Positions 57,988-64,000 of a stretch of 64,000 nt of DNA are shown here, one piece after another. Every line of letters starts with the position of its first letter. The stretch's first letter is position 1. The notes under the pieces are model-generated. The model was not told the origin of the DNA, made no database searches, and saw only the letters and a program-made list of their open reading frames with translations. This stretch comes from an archaeon (lineage in GTDB: Archaea > Nanobdellota > Nanobdellia > Woesearchaeales > UBA9642), in assembly GCA_020057295.1 (NCBI GenBank), contig JAGVGF010000006.1, forward strand, positions 96,001-160,000. The letters are read 5' to 3'. Both the position numbers and the translations under genes were made by a program.

Positions 57988-58804
57988 TTTTTGCTCCGAC
58001 CTTTTCTTTTGTATGTTTTATTACCTCGTCTAACATAGGTAATTTTAATCCTGCAAATGTTCTCATTCTGTCCTGTATAAATTTATCGTCAAATCCTTTT
58101 TCTCTTAATATTTTTATCATTAATTCTAGATTCATATCTTTGCTTGGTCCGCGACATCCCCAACATTCTAAACCACCATTAATACATACACTATTGCATC
58201 CGCCTGCAGTTATTGGTCCAAGACAAGGTTTTCCAACATCAAGTAAACATTCGTTACCATTTTGTCTACATTCAACACAAACCGGACTGCTATAAGGGAT
58301 TGGAATTTTTCCTCGTAGTACTGATCTTATGAATGTTAATATCTCTTTTTTATTTGGAGGACATCCTGGAATGTAATGATCGACTTTAATATGCATATCT
58401 ACTGGTGTTGGTTGTACATCTTCTAAATCTTCAACTTTTTTGTATAGTAAATGTTCATAATTTTCTTTTAACGTAAAATTTCTATATGCAGGAATACATC
58501 CAGTACATGCACATGCCCCTAATGATACTACAAATGTTGCATTTTCTCTTAATCTTTTTACTTCTTCTAAATCTTCCTTTGACGCAACTAATCCTTCAAT
58601 AAATACGTAATCATATTTTTCTTCAACATTAACTTCTTTAATGAATGGAAACGCTTTCAAATCTATTAACTCTATTAAATCTAATATTTCATCTTCGTTA
58701 AATAAAACCGATAATAAACATCCTGCACATCCTGTTATCCCATAGAATGCTACTTTAGGTTTTATTTTCGGAGCGTTTTTTATTATTGTTTTTGCTTTTA
58801 CCAT
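57980..58804 (-). CDS. hydD: [NiFe] hydrogenase small (delta) subunit
   Basis: GC.GC, EG, GACA..G, PGCPP, C.EC, CLGP.T..GC...C, CWGCRG. Confidence 0.92.
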   Translation of the reverse strand: MVKAKTIIKNAPKIKPKVAFYGITGCAGCLLSVLFNEDEILDLIELIDLKAFPFIKEVNVEEKYDYVFIEGLVASKEDLEEVKRLRENATFVVSLGACACTGCIPAYRNFTLKENYEHLLYKKVEDLEDVQPTPVDMHIKVDHYIPGCPPNKKEILTFIRSVLRGKIPIPYSSPVCVECRQNGNECLLDVGKPCLGPITAGGCNSVCINGGLECWGCRGPSKDMNLELMIKILREKGFDDKFIQDRMRTFAGLKLPMLDEVIKHTKEKVGAKNE

Positions 58805-58833
58805 TTTAATTTTATTTTTTTGATATTAATATT

Positions 58834-59700
58834 TCAATCATTCTTTAAATCTTTTATCTCATCATATCTGAATACAGGACCGTCGATACATGTAAATTTT
58901 CCTCGAATCATGCAATGACAACAAACTCCTAAAGCACAATACATTAATCTTTCAGCACTTATAAATATTTGATCATCATTGAATCCTTTCTGTTTTAGTA
59001 TTTCTATTACAAATTTCATCATTACAGGCGGACCGCATATAAATACTACTTTATTTTCATTATTCATATTTGATGCTTTTAATGCTTCTGTCACAAATCC
59101 TGTTTTTGCATCATAACAGAAATCGTGTTTCTCATTTTGATCTACTGTAACGCTAAGATTATATTGTTTTCTCCATTCCTCAATTTCTCTCGAAAATAAT
59201 ATATCTTTTGGAGATCTATATCCTAAAAATAAATGTACATCTTTGTAGTCTTCTCTATTTTTTTCTACATAATCTATTATTCCACGTAACGGTGCTACTC
59301 CACATCCCCCTCCTATGATTATTAGATTATTTCCTTTTAATAATTTCATAGGGTAGCCGTGCCCATATGGTCCTCTTACTAATAATGTATCTCCTTTTTT
59401 TATATTTGCAAGAGCTTTTGTTACATTTCCTACTTCTCTAATATTTAATCGTACATATTTATTTGAGTATGAGCATATTGATATTGGACTCTCTCCAATT
59501 CCTGGCAGTGTTACTTGAACAAATTGACCTGGATCATGCTCTATTTGCATATCTAAAGTTATTGTAAATGTATCTGGTGTTTCTCTAAAATATTCTAATA
59601 CTTTGTATGGTTTTGGAATGTACGGATTTTCCTTCTTCGCTAAATTCTTTTTTACTGAAGATTTTTTACTCGTTTTTTCCGTTGTCTCTTTTTCTTTCAT
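58834..59700 (-). CDS. hydG: Hydrogenase gamma subunit (FAD/NAD(P)-binding, 2Fe-2S)
   Basis: PGQF, GE.PIS, RGPYG.G, GG.G.APL, CGPPVM, ER.M.C..G.C.HC, C.DGPVF. Confidence 0.92.
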   Translation of the reverse strand: MKEKETTEKTSKKSSVKKNLAKKENPYIPKPYKVLEYFRETPDTFTITLDMQIEHDPGQFVQVTLPGIGESPISICSYSNKYVRLNIREVGNVTKALANIKKGDTLLVRGPYGHGYPMKLLKGNNLIIIGGGCGVAPLRGIIDYVEKNREDYKDVHLFLGYRSPKDILFSREIEEWRKQYNLSVTVDQNEKHDFCYDAKTGFVTEALKASNMNNENKVVFICGPPVMMKFVIEILKQKGFNDDQIFISAERLMYCALGVCCHCMIRGKFTCIDGPVFRYDEIKDLKND

Positions 59701-60668
59701 TTCATCTCATTGATTATTTGAACAAAATCTATCCTTGTAGGACATCCTTGTATACATCGTCCGCATCCTACACACATATTTACACCATATCGCTCTTTGA
59801 AATATTCTAATTGATGATATATCCTGTGTTTGAATCTTTCCTCACGTTTTTGTCTAAACACATGTTCCCCTGCAACTCTACTAAAGTCTAAAACTTGACA
59901 TGAACTCCAATTTCTTACTCTTTTTCCTTCTTGTATATTACTAGTTTTTGTCTCATCATGTAGTTCAAAACAATAGCATGTTGGACAAAGATTTGTACAA
60001 GCAGCACATGATAAACATTGATTTACTCCTTTCTGCCAGTCTGGATGATCATATAATCCTTTAATATCATCTTTTAGTAATCTGTCTGCTCCTTTAATCT
60101 TTTTTTCTTCTTTTGTGATTGTGATATCTATATCCTCAAATAACGTTTTAAATTCTTTTATGAGTTCTTTACCTTTATCTGATCCTACTTCCACCAAGAA
60201 ATAATCTTTCTTATCATAGAACATTAAATCGTAATAATCTGCTAAATTTAGTGTTCCACAAAAACAATATTTTGATGGAGCTTCCCAGCAATGAAATCCT
60301 AACAAGTAACTGTTTTCTCTTGCTGCCATATAATATGGATCTTTAATTTGTTCCATGAATACTTTATCTTGATGTTTTACTGCATTAAGGTCACATCTTC
60401 TCAGGCCGAAGAATATTCTTTTTGGTGTTTCTAGCTTTGGTTCCTGAATTTTGTTATCTTTAAATGTAAATACTGTTTCATTCTTTTTAAAGAAAAACTC
60501 TTTGGCTGGAAAATAAGTATTTTTTTCTAGATAAATATCCTTAACTTGTTCCTCTTTTACTAACTCAAACTTTGCAAGTTTACCTTTTAATGGAGCTACC
60601 AATTGGTTCTTCCTTGCAAATCCTTCTAAGAATATATTTAACTCATCCCTCTTTATTCTATAAACCAT
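59697..60668 (-). CDS. hydB: Hydrogenase beta subunit (4Fe-4S dicluster)
   Basis: CLSC..C...CPTCYCF, R.W.SC, CVGCGRC...CP. Confidence 0.92.
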   Translation of the reverse strand: MVYRIKRDELNIFLEGFARKNQLVAPLKGKLAKFELVKEEQVKDIYLEKNTYFPAKEFFFKKNETVFTFKDNKIQEPKLETPKRIFFGLRRCDLNAVKHQDKVFMEQIKDPYYMAARENSYLLGFHCWEAPSKYCFCGTLNLADYYDLMFYDKKDYFLVEVGSDKGKELIKEFKTLFEDIDITITKEEKKIKGADRLLKDDIKGLYDHPDWQKGVNQCLSCAACTNLCPTCYCFELHDETKTSNIQEGKRVRNWSSCQVLDFSRVAGEHVFRQKREERFKHRIYHQLEYFKERYGVNMCVGCGRCIQGCPTRIDFVQIINEMK

Positions 60669-60797
60669 AGCTCACCTAGTGTAATCTTAGATATTGAATT
60701 TATAAAGTTTGTTCAAACCTCTAGAGGCATAAATCATAATATTAAATCATAATCTTTATATATTCCAATCTCAAAATTATAGTGGAAAGAGGTGTGT

Positions 60798-61871
60798 ATG
60801 AAGTCTACAGTTAAATCTTTTAGTGTGGAATATTTTCAAGTTCTAGATTCTGAAGGTAATGTAGATAATTCTTTAATGCCGAATATTCCTGAATCTAAGA
60901 TTAAAGAGATATATCATTTGATGGTCCTTGTTAGAACTTTTGATGAAAAATTATTCAAATTACAACGTTCAGGTAAAATTGGAACTTATGCTGAAGTGCG
61001 AGGAGAAGAAGCTTCTGAAGTTGGTTCTGCAATGGCTCTTGAGAAAGAAGATTGGATGTGTCCAAGTTTTAGGGAAACAGGAGTTTTTATCACAAGAGGT
61101 GCTCCTAGAGATAAAATTGTTCAAGCATGGCGTGGAGACGTAAGAGCATTTAAGGGAGATAAAAAAAATTTACCAGTTGCTATTCCAGTTGGTTCTCAAA
61201 CATTATACGCTACAGGAATTGCGTGGGCTTCAAAACTAAAAAATGAGAAAGATATTACGATAGTATATTTTGGAGATGGTGCAACATCTGAAGGAGATTT
61301 CTATGAAGCAATGAATTTTGCTGGCGAATTTAAGTTACCAATAATATTTTTCTGTCAAAATAATCAATGGGCAATTAGTACTCCAAGAAAGAGTCAATCT
61401 GCATCAGAAACTATTGCCCAAAAGGGAATAGCAAGTGGAGTATACAGTGTGCAAGTTGATGGTAATGATGCAGTAGGAGTTTACAAGATTACAAAGGAAG
61501 CAGTTGATAGAGCTAGGAATGGTGAAGGTCCTACATTAATAGAATCTATAACTTATAGAATGGGTGATCATACAACTAGCGATGACTCTTCAAGATATAG
61601 GACTGAAGAAGAAGTGAAATACTGGTTGGCAAGAGATCCATTATTAAGATTAGAAAAGTATTTCAGAAACATCAACACATGGAATGATGAGTATGGAAGA
61701 TGGGTTAAGGAAACTTGCGAAAAAGAAGTTGATGAAGCTATCGCTAAAGCTTTAGCAATTGAAAAACCAGGTCCAGATGAATTATTCGATTACGTTTATG
61801 CAGTTATGCCAAAAGAATTACAGGAACAGAAAAAAGAATTAGAAGAAGAAGTAAAACAGAGAGGATTATAG
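60798..61871 (+). CDS. pdhA: Pyruvate/2-oxoacid dehydrogenase E1 alpha
   Basis: GDGATSEGD..NNQWAIS TPP motif, VDGND, YRMG.HTTSDD. Confidence 0.92.
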   Translation: MKSTVKSFSVEYFQVLDSEGNVDNSLMPNIPESKIKEIYHLMVLVRTFDEKLFKLQRSGKIGTYAEVRGEEASEVGSAMALEKEDWMCPSFRETGVFITRGAPRDKIVQAWRGDVRAFKGDKKNLPVAIPVGSQTLYATGIAWASKLKNEKDITIVYFGDGATSEGDFYEAMNFAGEFKLPIIFFCQNNQWAISTPRKSQSASETIAQKGIASGVYSVQVDGNDAVGVYKITKEAVDRARNGEGPTLIESITYRMGDHTTSDDSSRYRTEEEVKYWLARDPLLRLEKYFRNINTWNDEYGRWVKETCEKEVDEAIAKALAIEKPGPDELFDYVYAVMPKELQEQKKELEEEVKQRGL

Positions 61872-61875
61872 ACGC

Positions 61876-62850
61876 ATGGCAAAAATAAATATGGTTCAAG
61901 CCATTAACCAAGCATTGAAACAAGAGATGGAAAAAGACAAGAGAGTTCTTGTTATGGGTGAAGATGTTGGTGTAGATGGTGGAGTGTTTAGAGTTACAGA
62001 TGGTCTAATTCAACAATTTGGTAAGGATAGAGTTATTGATACACCACTTGCTGAAGCTGGAATTATTGGTACGGCACTTGGAATGGCAATTAATGGATTA
62101 AAACCTGTTGTAGAAATGCAATTCATAGGATTCTCGTATGAAGGATTCCATCATATTAATCATCACATGGCAAGATTCAGACAACGAAGCGAAGGAACAG
62201 TTAATGCATCAATAGTTCTAAGAGGTCCAACTGGTGGCGGAATCAAAGCTTTAGAATTACATAGTGAAAGTCCTGAAACATTTTTTGCACATTGTCAAGG
62301 ATTAAAAGTTGTTATACCAAGCAATCCTTATGATGCTAAAGGTTTAATGATTAGTTCGATAAGAGATCCTGATCCTGTCGTATTTTTGGAACCAGAAAAA
62401 TTATATCGTGCGTTTAAAGATGAAGTTCCAGAAGAATCATACACCGTACCACTTGGTGAAGCGAAGGTTGCAAGACAAGGTAAAGATATAACAATAGTCA
62501 CATGGGGTGCAATGGTAAGATTATGTTTAGATGTTGCTGAACAATTAAAAGGTAAAATTGATGTAGAGGTTATTGATTTGAGAACAATTTGGCCTCTTGA
62601 TGAAAATGCTATTTTAGAATCAGTAAAGAAGACAGGAAGAGCTGTTGTTGTTCATGAAGCTCCTAAAACTTCAGGTTTTGGTGGAGAGGTTGCTGCAAGA
62701 ATTCAAGAAAAGGCAATATTATACTTGAACAGTCCTATAGTTAGGGTTACAGGTTTTGATGTCCCATATCCACAATTTGCACTTGAAGAATATTACATGC
62801 CTAATGCAGAACGAATTATTAAAGGCATAAATTCTGTAATGAACTTCTAA
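61876..62850 (+). CDS. pdhB: Pyruvate/2-oxoacid dehydrogenase E1 beta
   Basis: GEDVG..GGVFR.T.GL, DTPLAE, HSESPE, DPDPV.F.E. Confidence 0.93.
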   Translation: MAKINMVQAINQALKQEMEKDKRVLVMGEDVGVDGGVFRVTDGLIQQFGKDRVIDTPLAEAGIIGTALGMAINGLKPVVEMQFIGFSYEGFHHINHHMARFRQRSEGTVNASIVLRGPTGGGIKALELHSESPETFFAHCQGLKVVIPSNPYDAKGLMISSIRDPDPVVFLEPEKLYRAFKDEVPEESYTVPLGEAKVARQGKDITIVTWGAMVRLCLDVAEQLKGKIDVEVIDLRTIWPLDENAILESVKKTGRAVVVHEAPKTSGFGGEVAARIQEKAILYLNSPIVRVTGFDVPYPQFALEEYYMPNAERIIKGINSVMNF

Positions 62851-62893
62851 TATTAAAAAAACATACAAAAGTATAAGCAGAAAAATTAGGTGA

Positions 62894-64000
62894 ATGATGG
62901 ATTTTAAATTTCCAGATGTTGGAGAGGGAATAACTGAAGGCAAGTTAGTAAAATGGCATGTCAAGGAAGGAGATTCTATAAAGTCAGAACAAACTGTTGC
63001 AAGCATAGAAACAGATAAAGCTGTTGTTGATATTCCATCACCAACAAGCGGTGTTGTAGAAAAATTATTCTTTAAATCAGGGGATGTTGTTGAAGTTGGA
63101 AAAGTATTGATGAGCATAAATAATGGTGGAGCGCCAACACCAGTTAGCAATTCAGTAAAACAAGAACCTGTAAGAAATGTAGTTATTGAAAAAAAGATTG
63201 AACCTGTTTCTAATCCAGTGATCGTACAAACACAATCATACATTCCACAAAATAATTATCCAAACACAAATAATGTTTCGAACAATAATCCTAATTCAGG
63301 AACAATTTTAGCAATGCCACAAATTCGAAAATTTGCGCATGAAAAAAATATTGATTTATCAAACATTCATGGTTCTGGAGCACATGGACAGATTCTATTA
63401 AACGATATTGGAAATACAACAGGAACAGTTCAAGCAATCCAGAGACAAACTACAACATTCTCGCAAACTGTTCAAACGTCAAGACCTATTATCACATCAA
63501 CTGCTAACGGACCTATTCAAAGTTTTAATGAAGTTCTAGCTACACCATCAACAAGGATGCTTGCTAGAAAAATGGGAATTGATCTAACAAAAATTAAAGG
63601 TAGTGGCGATAATGGAATGATAATAAAAGGAGATTTGACAAGATCAAACTCTTCACAAGAAAATGTTGTAACATCAATATTGCCAGTCAACGTTGCTACT
63701 AGAATATCTGCACCGATTAATTTCACAAATACGCAAACTACTCCTATCGAAATTGTTCCTATGAGCACGATTCGTCAAATTATTTCTAAAAGAATGTTCG
63801 ATTCAATTCAAAGTACAGCGCAATATACTGTTATGGATGAAGTTGATGTTACAGAACTTGTTAAGGCTAGAGAAAAATATAAGGAAGCTTATGAGAAACA
63901 AGGCATTAAATTAACTTATCTTGCTTTTATTACTAAAGCAGTTGTTCTAGCATTACAAAAACATCCATATGTCAATGCGACTATGGATGAAGCAAATAAA
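62894..64000 (+). CDS. pdhC: Dihydrolipoamide acyltransferase E2 (partial, runs off the window)
   Basis: Manual translation MMDFKFPDVGEGITEG...ETDKAVVDIPSP (lipoyl Lys), two subunit-binding repeats, start of the catalytic domain (IR..I..RM, DEVDVTEL, KLTYL.F..KA). Confidence 0.92.
   Translation, partial: MMDFKFPDVGEGITEGKLVKWHVKEGDSIKSEQTVASIETDKAVVDIPSPTSGVVEKLFFKSGDVVEVGKVLMSINNGGAPTPVSNSVKQEPVRNVVIEKKIEPVSNPVIVQTQSYIPQNNYPNTNNVSNNNPNSGTILAMPQIRKFAHEKNIDLSNIHGSGAHGQILLNDIGNTTGTVQAIQRQTTTFSQTVQTSRPIITSTANGPIQSFNEVLATPSTRMLARKMGIDLTKIKGSGDNGMIIKGDLTRSNSSQENVVTSILPVNVATRISAPINFTNTQTTPIEIVPMSTIRQIISKRMFDSIQSTAQYTVMDEVDVTELVKAREKYKEAYEKQGIKLTYLAFITKAVVLALQKHPYVNATMDEANK

Noticed and set aside
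62719-63768. 174-aa and 83-aa minus-strand ORFs
   Set aside because: Antisense shadows of pdhB/pdhC

Overview
AT-rich archaeal chromosome segment. Archaeal-type GluRS, DnaG, topoisomerase VI, RIO1/KH, TrmB regulators, GAGGTGA Shine-Dalgarno sites and TTTAWA TATA boxes all indicate an archaeon; gene content suggests DPANN, probably Woesearchaeota (inference). It carries housekeeping genes (GluRS, SerRS, GlyRS, tRNA-Ala(CGC), Trm11, TrmI, top6AB, nurA, dnaG, rio1) and a histone-fold gene missed by the ORF track. A 7-gene glycogen operon faces a divergent 4-gene operon ending in a degenerate rubrerythrin fusion. Three TrmB regulator modules share a back-to-back promoter layout. A fermentative supercluster holds D-LDH, hypACDEF, a group 3b NiFe hydrogenase and PDH E1a/E1b/E2. 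The most unusual signal is a small covarying hairpin cassette found twice (tRNA-Ala and a hypothetical CDS), each time between an intact gene 3' end and a diverged second copy of that 3' end. A cluster of structured non-coding elements and two microproteins lies around dnaG-trmI-abrB. No CRISPR array, rRNA, integrase or transposase was seen. All calls come from reading motifs by eye, without database searches.
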